DNA from: Eledone cirrhosa
Taxonomy: Eukaryota
Length of the DNA: 64,000 nucleotides
Assembly (NCBI GenBank): GCA_964016885.1
Contig: OZ024746.1
Location: 44,950,001-45,014,000 of the forward strand
Direction: 5' to 3'
A program made the position numbers and the translations under genes. Below, piece after piece: positions 27,529-42,541 of this stretch. The notes beneath the pieces are model-generated. The model was not told where the DNA came from. It did no database searches and saw nothing but the letters and a program-made list of their open reading frames with translations. Within the stretch, counting starts at the first letter, position 1; every line of letters starts with the position of its first letter.

Positions 27529-28669
27529 TATATGTGTGGGATTGTGTATTTGCGTGTGTATGTGTGTGCCAGTGAAAGACACAGTGTAAACGAATTTATA
27601 TATTTCTATGTATTACATCTGCGCTTGTCGACTGAAGTGTAGTGTTTTCGTACTTGTTAGTTTGTACGTTGATTTTTGTTTATAACATATTATAGTATGA
27701 AATTTCATATATTCGCCTCTATAATTTATAACAATAAATCTTCACATTTCGCTGTAAAGATACATTAACAAATTCTTTGTTAATGTATCTTTGCAAAAAT
27801 TGGGAAGATTTGCATTTACCTAATAGCAATACTCCGCTTATATCGTAACAGGCAAAGATCTTCATGAATATAATACTGCAAATTTTGTTAAGCATTATTC
27901 TAAACTGTAATGCTGCATAAAATAAAATACGAGGATTTGAAAGTACATATGTGCAATATATATATATATATATAAATTGGAAACATCTTACACGCGCGCT
28001 CATGCTCGTCCTACCCACTTAAATACTTACATATCTGCATACAAACATACATACATACACACATACATAAATATTCCGTTAAGAATTTAAAAGGTTTTTG
28101 CATTCCAAACCTTTTGATTCATGAAACAATATGTGAAAGTTAGAAACATGTGGACTTGTGCTGGAAGAACATATAGTGTTATGTATTCTATTATAACAAG
28201 AGAGGGCATCGCGGTGGCTGATTTTTATAGTTTCTCCTGTAAGCAGTGTTTTGCAGTTGTTTTTGGTTCAAGGTGATTGACATTTTAGCATTGCTACTGC
28301 TTGGGTGAATTTCGGTTTAGTTGAATTAGAGACGTACATGCTGCGTATATGCTGGGTTCTTTCGGTATACGAGGTCAATAATGCGGGCTGTCTGCTCTGC
28401 ACATGCAAGTCACAGATGACATAACATTTTTGTAATTTCTCGCAATGCATTGATTATCCACTTATAGATATATTAATATCGGAAAACATAAAGCGACTAC
28501 GTCCATTAACATCTGATTCTTGCTTGATGCCTACGGGCTAATATATTGTGTAATGTCGTTATTAAATAACAATATATATATATATATATATGCACACACA
28601 CCCACATGGACACATATATGGACGTGTGTGAATATATGTATGTATGTAAAATAAAATAAATAAGTCAAA

Positions 28670-29110
28670 TATTTAAAATTTGGCTTCGTTTATTACTGCT
28701 ATATATATTTCGGTGACAGCCATCTTTGGCTGTGATCTCTTCAGGCAGTCCGAATTGGTGTGGTAGAGACGGGTACACATGATGTTGAGGTGTTTAACTC
28801 CGTCAATACTCCGATATGCCCAGTTCCTGATTGGGTTGTTACTTCTCTGAGGAATTGGAATCATATGAATTCGAACAAACGAATTTCAGCGTCAAAGGAC
28901 ACCCTCTCCTCTCATTGGTCAGTTGTGAGAACATTCCTCAGTCAAAGTCTATAGAAATTATTTCTGAGGCGAGGCAACCTGTAGTGGTTGGTTTTGTTAA
29001 GTACAGCTGACATCCTCCCTTATGTTCGTAGTGGTGTTGGTGTTGGGGTCAGCTTAAGTCCGGCTGCTGCTATTTTTAGAAGGATTTGTGTGTGTTGGTA
29101 TCTATCCTGC
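28670..29110 (-). mobile_element. PLE-like 3' remnant carrying an HHR
   Basis: HHR at 28695-28749 lies downstream of a decayed coding-like stretch; the 3' end abuts simple repeats. Confidence 0.55.
28695..28749 (-). ncRNA. Minimal type I hammerhead ribozyme
   Basis: ACTGC CTGAAGA GATCACAGCC-AAAGAT-GGCTGTCACC GAAAT ATAT ATA GCAGT. Stem I ACTGC/GCAGT is perfect and the core is canonical. Confidence 0.8.
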
Positions 29111-29289
29111 CACCATTTCTCGTGGTGGTGGGGGGGGGGTTGTACCAAGCAGATGAAGAAATAAGATAAAGTAAAATGGGGAAAAAAAAGAATATAAGGC
29201 AATAAAATGAAGAAAATAAAAAATAAAAAAATTATGAGAAAAATAAAATGAAATGGTAAAAAAAATATGTATGTATATATATATTCTAG

Positions 29290-29480
29290 GGCGGGTAAAA
29301 TTCCCGAGATCCATGGACGAGTTCTCTCCAGCGGTCTCTGTCCCTCATTATCGCTGCCATGTCCCGTGTCTCCAACAGACCAGTGTCTGTCCTTAGGGCA
29401 TCAACGTACGTTAACCTTGGTCTTCCACTTCCAGTGTCTCCATGTATGGGCTCCCACAGGAGCACTGAGTGCAATGTCAA
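29290..29480 (-). mobile_element. RTE LINE 3' fragment
   Basis: VLLWEPIHG...GRPRLTYVDALRTDTGL...MRDRDRWRELV is an RTE ORF C-terminus. Confidence 0.85.
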
Positions 29481-29532
29481 CTCTGGATGTCAGTGAGCAT
29501 GTCCAGCTAACCTCAGTCTCCTCTGTGTCACG

Positions 29533-30352
29533 TTTGTTTAACCTGTTTAGCTTGCTTCGTATTTTTGGCTCCGGTGGTTGATAGCCTCATCACCGCTGTT
29601 TTTAGTTTGTATGGCCTCTATAACGTATGTTAATTGCTTTGGTCTTCTTTTAGTCCATTCAACGCTTGCCGCATATCTCGAAAATTGCGTTTTATTTTGC
29701 TTTTGACCACAGCCGAAATACGATCTCGATGAAATTATATTTGTATTAATCTCCCGGGCCTAGCAATTCATTAGTTAATTCTATTAGACAATTCTATTGA
29801 CTAATTAATTGCTTAAATGTATTTAAAAACAACCCGGTCGAGAGCTTAATTTGATTTGTGCAGTTTTTTGCAATACTTGCAATAATTTTACACATTCTGA
29901 ATCCATCCGCCAAAACCGGTGTTACCTCCCTAGCAGGGTAAACACGAGGGGTAATCACTCTAACACTACTATTGCATCGAAACCCGCTCGCCGGCTGAGA
30001 ACAAAATACCTGTTGACGAAATGGCAGCCTTGTTCGATCGTTATACCAAAAGCTTACAATGAAAGCAGGCAATATAATTGATTTAGAAGTCACAGAAACC
30101 TCCTACTGGATTATACCATCAATTTCCAGGAGGTCCTGGTAAATTCTTTTGTTTAACCTGTTTAGCTGGTTTCGTTTGTTTGGCTGCGGTGGCTGATAGC
30201 CTCATGACCGCCGTTTTCAGTTCGTATGACCTCTATAAGGTATGTTAATTTCTATAATCTTCTTTTAGTCCATTGGGCGCTTGCCGCATATCTCGATAAT
30301 TGCGTGTCGCTTTGTTTTTGAATACAGCCGAAATACGATCTCGCTGAAATTA

Positions 30353-30358
<6 letters not shown>
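29533..30358. repeat. ~210 bp diverged direct repeats (29533-29744, 30148-30358) flanking a ~400 bp spacer
   Basis: Both begin TTTGTTTAACCTGTTTAGCT and end CAGCCGAAATACGATCTCG.TGAAATTATATTT. Confidence 0.8.
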
Positions 30359-30389
<31 letters not shown>

Positions 30390-30391
<2 letters not shown>

Positions 30392-31880
30392 CGCATGTTC
30401 TGGTTTTATAATTTCACAAATGTTTGCCAATAGAGAGTCGGTTTCTAACATAGATACAAGACTCTTTCATTGGAATTTAGACAACATCAACTAGGTAGAT
30501 ACGTATGCATAACTGCATGCATGTGCTGGTATGAATATTATAGTATGTGTGGATGTGAATATGTTATATCAGTACAAGTGTATATGCAGTTATTAGCTGC
30601 AGAAATTTTGGAATGTTTTACATTACTGTTCCATTAATGGATTGTACTTGTAAGTTTCCTAACTAGTCGTGTTCTTTCTGCGTATGTGAAGCCCGGCTCC
30701 TCAAGATTTGTACCGAGGCAATTACTAACATATCCCAGCGCCCCAATAAACACAGGCATAAATCTGAAGGTATAGTCAGGGTGGAGTATCTGTAGATTTC
30801 TCATTAGTTCTGCATAGATACTCTATTCTTTGCTAATCTTTAATATTATATTGGCATCTGCTGGGCAGCTAACTTCCAATATTGTGTATGGCTTCTTTTC
30901 CCTGTCCCATATCATTATATCTGGCCTATTATGCCTACATTTTAGTGGGTTTTTTACTGAAATATATCACCATTACTCTTTCATATTATGTATATGTATG
31001 TCTGCCACATTGCTGTAGCTTTTAATGTGTTTATTGCCAGGGCTATCTTTTCTACGAGTTGCATTGTACAGTGCTTTGGCCACTACATCTTCCCTCCATA
31101 GGTAGATAGTACCATGATGACATCTTTGGACAGCTGCTTATGACATGCGTGACATCTTCGATATTAATTCTGCAGAGTCTGCACTTGTTGTCACATCTAA
31201 ATGTTTTGCCTGCATCCCCATCTCTTTTGTGAATCAGGTATTTTGTGTTGATTTACTGTTCTTGGATTGCAAAAGTGTATCCCTCAAAGTGGGAGCCAAC
31301 ATTGCGGTTATTGGTTTATAGATAGACTACTTTGCTTATCTATATTACACTCACTCTGGAGCTTCCTGGCAACATATCCATGCATGATGTTTTGTCGATA
31401 AACATGCAGTTTTTCATCCATGTTGTCAGAGGGATATGATGCGACACTCAAATGCTGTCTGGACTGATGTTAGAACTCTACGTTTCAAGTAGAGGTGGTC
31501 TATGTCACTGTTAATGTAGAAGTTTCCGGTGTTGTTTAGAATGTTTCGAGTTTTACCATCAATTTCGTCTATCGCCCAATCGAGTATTCCAAACGTTGGT
31601 GTTAGGATAGGCGCAGTAAACACATTGTCACAAACTGTTTTATTGTGTTCAGAGAGTTCCGATGACCATATTTTTCTTAATCGGGTGTAATATTCCCTGG
31701 TTACGCGTTTCTTATTACAAATACCATTATATGATATATATCCCCAAGTATCTGAAGCAGTCCTCGTCAGATATCGGTGAAACAATTAGGCCATTTATAA
31801 AAAATTTGCTAGATTGGGTTGTAGTTTTCCCCACTTTACATGTCATATATGAACAACTATCTTGGCTAAATTCCATTCCT
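30390..31880 (-). mobile_element. R4/Dong-like LINE, 5'-truncated: thumb, CCHC knuckle, restriction-like endonuclease and 3' UTR
   Basis: KCRLCRINIEDVTHVISSCPK (CCHC), CRHNRPDIM, EVSCPAD and PVFIGALG on the minus strand. Overlaps in sequence with the copy at 1-530. Confidence 0.9.
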
Positions 31881-31944
31881 GTATGTATGTATGTATGTAT
31901 GTATGTATGTATGTATGTATGTATGTATGTATGTATGTATGTTA

Positions 31945-32555
31945 TGTCAGGTCACCAGTTGGTGCTACTGGTAACATGTATCCCAGTACAACCTGTCTCA
32001 TGGTCGGGTCGTTGGCGACTAAACTGGCAACCCCACCAAGGTTTCTTGGTGAGGAGGGTGACTTTGGACATCCTGCAGGACTAAAAACAAAACCTGTCAA
32101 AGGGCAAAGGAGCTCTTAAGAGTCAATGGCCATCCAAAATCACCGGGAGAGATGACCCCTTAGCCTTTGTCAAGGCAGAATTCTAGGAGAAGGAAAACTC
32201 TGATATAACACCTGCAACCCTGATGGTATCCAATGATGTTGACTTGTTCTTCTTTTTGGTACATATCATCTTGTTTAAGAGAGTGGGACTGGCTTTGTGC
32301 AGTGCCTTTGCTCACTATAAAAGCTTCACGGCACAGGCATTGCTTTATATCTGGAGATCTCTCTGCACTTGTCGTCAGATGGTACCATGGGCCCAGCACT
32401 ATGTGTCAATAATTGTCAAAAGTGTAGTGTTTGTACCAGAGTTTTCAAATCGCTGGCTGGACTAAAAAGTCACACTTGTTCAGCGCATCCGTAGGGGTTC
32501 TCCTACATGGATATAAAGTAGTGGCCGTACTCGAAAACGAGTTGGCAGCCACCAT
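31945..32555 (+). mobile_element. Bipartite non-autonomous RTE derivative (5' UTR fused to 3' end) with an (ATGT)n tail
   Basis: RTE-type 5' UTR motif CTAGGAGAAGGAAAACTCTGAT, then directly the C-terminal [17 protein letters not shown] finger, 3' hairpin and tetranucleotide tail. No RT between them. Confidence 0.7.
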
Positions 32556-32564
32556 GTATGTATG

Positions 32565-32598
<34 letters not shown>

Positions 32599-32605
32599 TA
32601 TATAT

Positions 32606-32777
32606 GTACCATGGGCCCAGCACTATGTGTCAATAATTGTCACAAGTGTAGTGTTTGTACCAGAGTTTTCAAGTCACTGGCTGGACTAAAAAGTTACACT
32701 CGTTCAGCGCATCGGTAGGGGTTCTCCTACATGGATATAAAGTAGTGGCCGTACTCGAAAACGAGTTGGCAGCCACC

Positions 32778-32780
<3 letters not shown>
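32606..32780 (+). mobile_element. Second 3'-only copy of the same RTE derivative, in the tail of the first
   Basis: Direct repeat of 32381-32555. Confidence 0.85.
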
Positions 32781-32856
<76 letters not shown>

Positions 32857-32905
32857 ATATAAGTATGTATATATATATGTGTGTGTGTCTGTGTGTGTGT
32901 ATATG

Positions 32906-32938
<33 letters not shown>

Positions 32939-33557
32939 GCATGTATGTATGTAAGTATGTATATATATATATAAACACTCTAAATATTGATCAACTAAGA
33001 AGACCCTCACAATTTTCGGCTAATGAACGGATTTCCCGAAATGCATTACATAATTACAAGGATACATTAGTAGGAAATGGATTATGAAGTGAAATCTACT
33101 ACTAACTTCACCTAATTCCTGCCATAATAAAAGCAAATATATAAAACTAACCTTACTTAGTAGGCTTTAATATCACTCTTCTTATAGAATTGGCTCACCT
33201 TCCCCTTTCTATATTTAAGAAGCATTTCTATTTATATTATAATTTCCAGAAGATTTGTTCAATCATCATTAAACGTTCTATTCTCTTACCCAGATCGTTG
33301 GCCGTAATTTACCTGAAAAGCCTCTCAATTTTAACCATCATTACTAAAAACACAGAAACTCTTTTGATATTAATAACAACCTTACAGACATCTTAAACAT
33401 GGTTATGTTTATCGTATCTCAATGTCTACTATGTCACTAACGCACCTCCTTTAATCCATTTAAGTCATAACCTTCTTCACATGTGCTTACATTTAGGAAC
33501 AGTAACAGAAATAAGCAGATAATATTAGAAGGAAAATTATAACACCATATCACATTA

Positions 33558-33731
33558 GAGACCCGTCAACTCTCCCCGTCAGACGGAGCGATCTCCCACC
33601 CACTTTGGGATGGGTGAGAGATTTCTTCTCTTGTGAAAATGGATATAGCTTTCATTATGTAAAATCTCCCCACTTTGCCTCATTTCTTTCATGATACTCC
33701 CCGTTTTGCTATTTAGAGGTTGGCAGGTCTG
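33558..33731. mobile_element. hAT-like MITE
   Basis: Imperfect TIRs GAGACCCGTCAAC and GTTGGCAGGTCTG; internal CTCCC subrepeats. Confidence 0.6.
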
Positions 33732-33894
33732 ATATTAACTGTTCGAAATTTACATTCTAGGGGAAAATGATATGATGAAAATAATAGTCCTTCCAATCAG
33801 AAAAATCTCGGAATTATTATAATCAATTCAATGCGACATTCTGGAAACTATTAACCAAATATCTACGCACTCATGTACGCATGCACACACACAC

Positions 33895-33999
<105 letters not shown>

Positions 34000-34032
34000 C
34001 ACACATACACAGTGTCTCTCTCACACACATAG

Positions 34033-34072
<40 letters not shown>

Positions 34073-35053
34073 CCACATTTTGTTACCACTTGGGTTTCAG
34101 CGTCATGGCAGTTTTTGCTACTATGAGAGCTTGAATTTCATACATAGATGTCTTTGATTCTTGTTGTACGGTAACTATTTTCCATATGTAAATATGTGTA
34201 ACAGCTAATATACGGGCTGGACATTTCACCTAAACTTGCTCAGTTGATCTGCCGGCTAAACAACAATATTTACTAAAATACTGTTCCTTTTATATGCCAT
34301 CATTTTGTTAATATATTTCTCTTTCAAAATAGTCTATATTTATCTGCCACGTATTTCCCATAATGTGTATATATTGTGTATAATGTTTTCAACATGCCAC
34401 AACCTTAAGCTATATCATTATTTTCGTAAAATCTCCTGAAGAGACTATGAATTAATACATCAATCCTATAATTAGATAATTACCATTTAACGGAAATTTG
34501 GTATCTAAGCAACAGCTTCAATCGGTCTGTGGCTCTTTTTGTATTTTGTTTGCAACGGATTCAATTTTATTCGTGTTGATGACATTTAGAATATATATAA
34601 TTACAAACAATTAGCCTGTTCACTTCAGAATCTACCAATCTGTACCAGATTTCTCTATAGACATTTCAAGGTAACGTATGGACTGCTTGAAAAATCATTC
34701 AGTTCTATTGATTACATTCCTGATAAACATTAAACCTCTGTTTTTCGAAATGCAGTACCATATATGTCATATATGCCTATGTTATATTTTATCCATTGCA
34801 GTAGTAAACGCAACCTTCAGTGTCACGTGATTTGACAGCAAAGGGGAGGTATGCTAGATCTGACTATTCACAGAGGATCTGTTGGCACGTATTCAAATTG
34901 AAAAAAGGAAGACGAGCCATGAAGCACTCAACTAGGGCTTCCATACAGAATGCAAAACCATAATTGCAAACAATTAATAAATAAATCAAACCATAATAAA
35001 CAGGGTAAAAAGTTCAACTTACAATTTGAATGCGGGTTATTCCCTTGGAGCTT

Positions 35054-35355
<302 letters not shown>

Positions 35356-35825
35356 CGCGTGCGTGTGTGTGCGTGCGTGGGGGAGTGACTGTGTGTGTGT
35401 GCGTGTTTATGTAGTTTGATTCTACATGTATGTTGAGCTGCATGAAACATATATCTATTGATATGAAATAAAAACATGGTAAAGAGAGGCGTCATCATCT
35501 CATGAAAAGCAACACACGAATTACGGTACCGTACATTAAAGTTATATAGTTACACAGTAGTTAAACGCTTCATACAGTAGAAAAGGAGATTTAATATTTC
35601 GGGCATTAATCATTTATCAGAAGATAAAATAAACGGTAGAAACGGAAATAGAAGATAGACGAGTGTGTGGGCGTATGTATATATGAAGCAAATATACTTC
35701 ATGTCAGTTTCCACAACTCAGTCTTATGATCAATTAAAATATTAACCCGTTGTATTACTGTGTAAATATCTGAGTATTCCTCATACGCCGGCACCATTAT
35801 CGAAATCCAAACAATTTAATCAATA

Positions 35826-35852
35826 CTAGCAGAATGGCCCGGCGTGCTCGGG
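35826..35852 (-). mobile_element. Helitron 3' terminus
   Basis: Minus strand CCCGAGCACGCCGGGCCATTCTGCTAG|T: GC hairpin plus CTAG. Similar terminus at 63095-63120 on +. Confidence 0.65.
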
Positions 35853-36001
35853 ATTTGCTCTAGGGTTCTTATATATTTGATATATATTTGTCCTTATCGA
35901 GCCTCGTGAAATAAATACGTTTGTTTATATTTTGTTATTGCGTATGCAAAAATATCTGTACACGAATATATAATTATATATATATACATATATATATATA
36001 C

Positions 36002-36105
<104 letters not shown>

Positions 36106-36253
36106 CAGATTAAAGTTTAAGCAAAGAATCGCTGCTTTCACCCTTAATAGGATCTTCTGAAACTAAAAAAATCAATCTGTGAACGTAAAAGTAAATATTT
36201 CGAAAAACTTACACACTATATATATATATATATATACACACATATATAGCGTC

Positions 36254-36442
36254 ATAATTCTTTCTACTTTAGGCACAAGGCCAGCAATTACCCAGTGCAT
36301 TACTGGTACTTTATTTTATCGACCCCGTAAGGATGAAAGGCAAAGTCAACCTCGGCGGGATTTGAACTCAGATCGTAAAGGGACGTAACTATGCTGGAAA
36401 GCATGGCGTCCGACTCTCTACCGATACTGCCAATCCACCGCC
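36254..36442 (-). mobile_element. tRNA SINE, full length with TSD
   Basis: TSD CATATATAGCGTCATAAT on both sides. Confidence 0.92.
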
Positions 36443-37996
36443 CATATATAGCGTCATAATGTCGTAATGCAGACAGCCAGACATACAGATAGAAGGGCGC
36501 TACGTTATATCTATGTATCTATCTAAAAAGAAAGACTAATGCGGTTCCTAGGGCATTGAATATTTGAAATTGTATTTGCTCAAAACATTCACATGACCAT
36601 AAATATTACATGTGTAACGTTTGAAAACACTCAGGTTGGGTGGTTCTCGAGTTTTAGGGAGTCAGGCAGACAGACAGAGATTCTCTGGTTTAGATATATA
36701 GATAACACGTTGTCTGAGAAAAATTGGTTTCCAATATCATGGCCATTCTCATTTGGGTCGATACAACGCTATGGCTAAAATGATTTGTGCAATTTATCAC
36801 AATGTGAGATCGAACCAAGTAATTCATATTTGCAAAGATAAATTCATACTCCTTATACTGTGTACACTTATGTGTACACACACACACACATACACAATCT
36901 CTTTCAGATGTGTGTATTTTTTATATATGTATGTGAATGCATGAAGTGCATCTGCAAGTATATGTGTGTGTGTGCGCGCATAGCTTGTAAAATTATATAG
37001 TATTTCATCTTTATAAACACCCTTGTTGTATGCAGATATTTTGCTATGTATATGATTTCGCTAACTGTGTTGAGTAAGGTTGTTAAAACATAAGAAACCT
37101 CGAAATGAAGTGTCGCCTTCAGTTTGCATTTTGTCTTTAGAATATAACTCTTTTATAAAGGAACTGTGACATTTTCAGCCTACTTTTAACGAGGAAAGAA
37201 ATTTGTAATAATAATGATAAAAATAATATGAAAAAGAAAAGTAACTTGCAAACTGAATCAATATATACTTCTGAACATGTGTAGAATATGTTCAGTTTTA
37301 TAATATCATAGAAAGAAGCTCGAATCAGAGAAACCATATCTGCAGGAAAAAAAGCCCGTCTACGTCGAGGCATCAATATAAAATTACACCTGTCATCTTT
37401 AATGTGTTGATTTTCCTAGATCTGATAGAAACTGGATGCATTCCGTTAAAAAAAATCAATAGCAACAGATTGAATGCGGGGAAATAAATTGTAAACAAAA
37501 AGTAAACAAGCAAATGAAGAGACTCATCCATCGCTTAACTTCCATATTAACTGTGATAGCTTGCTGCAAAGAATTTCTACGAAAACTACCAACGAAATTT
37601 CTGATCAAGTTCTTTTGTTTACTTTTCATTCTCACTTTAGCTTGTTTTCTTTTCTTTTCGTTTCTTTCTTACTTTTTTTTCTTGTATGATTTCTTAGTTA
37701 CTTTTTTTCTAAAAGTTATTTTTTTAAAAGAATTCATTGAAAGGAAACATGTAGTTCTAATATTGTAGCTGATAATCTATTTATGTTGAACAATCCCAAC
37801 ATCCATTTAGCCATTCATTCATCCATGCATCCATAGTTCTAAACATGCAATCGTGTTTACTTGTTTCCGCTACACATACATACGCAGGTACACAAATACG
37901 CATGCGCGGTCGCACACACACGCACACACAAACGTACGAATATATATATATATACATACACACACACATACACACTCACACATATATATATGTGTG

Positions 37997-38033
<37 letters not shown>

Positions 38034-38219
38034 TCATACACGTATACAATAGAGTTATACAAACATTCAGTTCAATAAATTTATTAGTGATTATGACTTT
38101 CCCAGATGGTGTGTAACATGCTTAACATTTGACATTATATTTGTGGGCATGGGTTTGTGCAAGCGCACGCAGACGCTTGTGCAATCAGTATCCTCAAAAA
38201 CATTAAATAAAAATCATTA

Positions 38220-38272
<53 letters not shown>

Positions 38273-38294
38273 CAATAATAATGATAATCATAAT

Positions 38295-38333
<39 letters not shown>

Positions 38334-38491
38334 TAATAATAATAATAAATATAATAAATACAATAAATATAATAAATAATAACATACTAAAAATAATATG
38401 ATTATAAAATATATACATGAATAGTAAGGGAGAATGAGAGAGAGAGAGAAGGGATGAGAGAGAGAAAGAGAGAGAGAGAGAGATAGAGTGA

Positions 38492-38560
<69 letters not shown>
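38220..38560. repeat. (TAA)n then (GA)n microsatellites
   Basis: Direct observation. Confidence 0.95.
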
Positions 38561-38565
<5 letters not shown>

Positions 38566-38895
38566 TATAAAGATATAAAGATTCATAAATTATCTCTATG
38601 CAATTTATTGCCAAAATATATATCTTGTATATTGGTTAATATACATCCAACAGTCGCTTCATTTCTTCAGATATACTTCTTTTTTTGTGCCAATATATTT
38701 CTTAATACTATAGAGTATGTACATTTATATGATATATGTAAATGTCATATCTGATGCCACATGTAAAACTGTTCAAATATATATGTGACTGTATGTGCAT
38801 TATATAAATTCATATTAAGGATTCTCGTCTTAATATTCACTACTGTCACGCATAGTGACTTACGTATGTACATATATTGCTTGTGTTAATGCATG

Positions 38896-38946
<51 letters not shown>

Positions 38947-39018
38947 ATCCCGGGTTCAATCGTGACTAACCACAGTAAGTAAGGTACTCAATACATAGTA
39001 GAGTATAAGAGTATTTAC

Positions 39019-39562
<544 letters not shown>

Positions 39563-39702
39563 ATATTTTATCTTGACTCTGTTTTTCGTTTATTTTTCAC
39601 CGAAAGTAGTTTTTGAATGCATCTTCTCTTTTCATGATATCCGGATTACATTGAGTTCTTCATACGGATTGGACACTACCGTAAACTTTTGGTAGATTTA
39701 TC

Positions 39703-39745
<43 letters not shown>

Positions 39746-40069
39746 TTTAGTACAGCATTGACGAAGCTTTAGAATACGGCCAAGCTAGCGTATATGCATA
39801 ATCGATCTGTAGCTTGAGCACTCACATGAGGAAAGACCCGAGAGTAATAACATTACGTTCAGTCAGCTTAGCAAATCAGATATAGCAGTTGGCAGTCCAG
39901 CTGCATCACTAGAGCAACGAAAATACAGGACCCAGGAAAAGAGTTTATACTGACCCGGACATAGCGGTGAGGCTGAGTGCAAAATATATAACTTACATCG
40001 TATATCAACAATATACATCACATATAGCATCCAACATCAGCGCTAAGTTACTGCAAATCCACGATTGAC

Positions 40070-40194
<125 letters not shown>

Positions 40195-40416
40195 CTGCTT
40201 TCACCCTTAACGGGATATTTGCTCTACGGTTCTTATATATTTGATATATATTTATCCTTATCGAGCCGTCTTTGGATTTTAGTCTTCAAATTTATTATTA
40301 CTATATATATATATATATATAAAAGATTTAATATAGAAATGGCTTTCCGATGAGTTCCTTCGAATGAGATACAACCGGTACTGGCATCGATAAATATGCT
40401 GGGTCCGTCAACTCCT

Positions 40417-40453
<37 letters not shown>

Positions 40454-40989
40454 AGCATTGATTAGTTCATGTGTATATTGAGGCATATACGATATGCTTA
40501 TTCAGAATAAACATATAAAAAATGTCGCTATGACATTAGCCTTGGATTAATGCTAGGCTTAATATTGGTGCTACTCTTAATTAATCCCAATCAATAATTC
40601 ATTTGCAAGGCAAATACACCTCGTGAGTATATTGACAATATCCTCACTGGTTATGTTTCCTTGCAAATAGAGCACATTTTGAAATAGAAATGTTACATAA
40701 CAACACTGTTACATAAGATGCTCTCTGGTGAAGCCGTGTCGGTGGTTGGATGTAATTCGATTACGGCAGATTCCGAATAAAATGAGTTGTGAATTTCTAC
40801 ATCTGTCCCTCGCAATTATCATTATTGCATGTATACTCAATCATGGATTACTAAATGTCATTCCGAAGGATACATATGTCGTTGAGTCCTTGATTCTATT
40901 TGCATCATTATTTACTGATTACAGTATGGTATTATAGCCCGCATGGTCAACATCTGATAGAAAATCACATATATTATTAGAAACAATTA

Positions 40990-41165
40990 CGGTGGTAGAT
41001 TGGCAGTATCGGTAGAGGGTCTGACGCCTTAGTTTGCAGCATGAGTCACGGCCCTTCATTGTCTGAGTTCAAATCCCGCCTCTCATCCTTACGGGGTCGA
41101 TAAAATAAGGTACCAGTAATACACTGGATAATTGGTGGTCTTGTGCCAAAAGTAGAAACAATTAT
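40990..41165 (+). mobile_element. tRNA SINE with TSD
   Basis: Family match; ATTATTAGAAACAATTA on both sides. Confidence 0.88.
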
Positions 41166-41318
41166 TAGAAACAATTATTATCATGGTTATTTGATGTACC
41201 TGTGAGTATACAGGTAAAAGAACTCATCATTTAGCCATAATTATAATAATTTATTTCTACATCCGTATTGATTATTTAATCTCCCACGTCAAATAGTTTT
41301 ATATATATACATCTCTCT

Positions 41319-41364
<46 letters not shown>

Positions 41365-42334
41365 ACGGAGGAGTTGTGGTAAGGAACCAGATGGACCATA
41401 ACGCAATAGAGTACCAACAATACTTAGGGTAGTAGAGTGGGTAATAGGAGAAAGTATGACACCGACGGCAGAGCTCAAGCCGTCGAAATGGCTTGAGCTC
41501 TGCCGTCGGGGTCATACGTTCTCCTATATATATATATATATATATTTATATTCCTGAAAATCCATATAATTTTGGCCTGTAAGATTTATTTATGTAGACT
41601 TAAATCTACCGTCTCCGTTTCACGTCAGTAATTGTTGCTGCCTTTCTATGCTTTCCTTACGGAAAGTAATTTTGCAACTTCTCAGTAGGTATTCATACAG
41701 TGGTGATGGAATATAATTTCATATTTTCCGAGGAAACATATATTGCAGGCTAAAGGAAAACAAAAGAAAACCTCATTGAGTAAGAGAAAGTGAAAGAGAG
41801 AACTCGGTAATATAGGATAGACTGAATGATATAAAGAATGAGTAATGTATGTACATATAAATATAAACAACACACTGACATACATTTATATGTATGCAGG
41901 TGTGAGTGTTTATAGACGGTGAACGTGAAAATATACGGAAAGCGGAAATAAAAAGACCGGTAAAAATAATTTGTGTTTGTGATAAATGGTGTAATGTATA
42001 TCTCGCTAATTGGAACGTTAGGTTTTCTATCAAGACTGATTAAACTCTATTATAGGAGAATTATTTTCCAGCATGATCTTGTTTGTTTTACTCAGTGGCG
42101 AGGAGACACCTTTCACATTCAATTTAGATTTGCCTAGCCTGAAATATAATGACAACATGCTGAGGTCAGTTTAATTCACTTTCAGTTATTGAGGACTAGG
42201 TGTTCAGGGTAATGCGTTTCATATACTGAGAAACATTGTTTCACGAACTTAATTCATTGCTGAAGGCTGTTAATCACCTAAAATATTTTTAAACCCATAC
42301 GAAATGTTGAGAGAGAAATACAGCTAAAGAGAGA

Positions 42335-42541
42335 CTGTGTTTGAAAGAAATATAGACATTCCCATTGTAAATAACTACACAGCAAGTGATGCTTTCCCGC
42401 TGATACTGCAACCATCGTTGTTGGATTGCCTGTTCGTTATTCGAAACACCGCACGTTAACTGAGACGTTTCATTTTGGGGAAAATTATTCGTGAACCGAT
42501 TTGTTCTTGATGAGAGGCGTTCACGAACTGAGGTTCTACTG
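42335..42541 (-). mobile_element. pogo/Tigger-like transposon end
   Basis: Minus-strand terminus CAGTAGAACCTCAGTTCGTGAACG with internal GTTCACGAA subrepeats. Confidence 0.55.
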
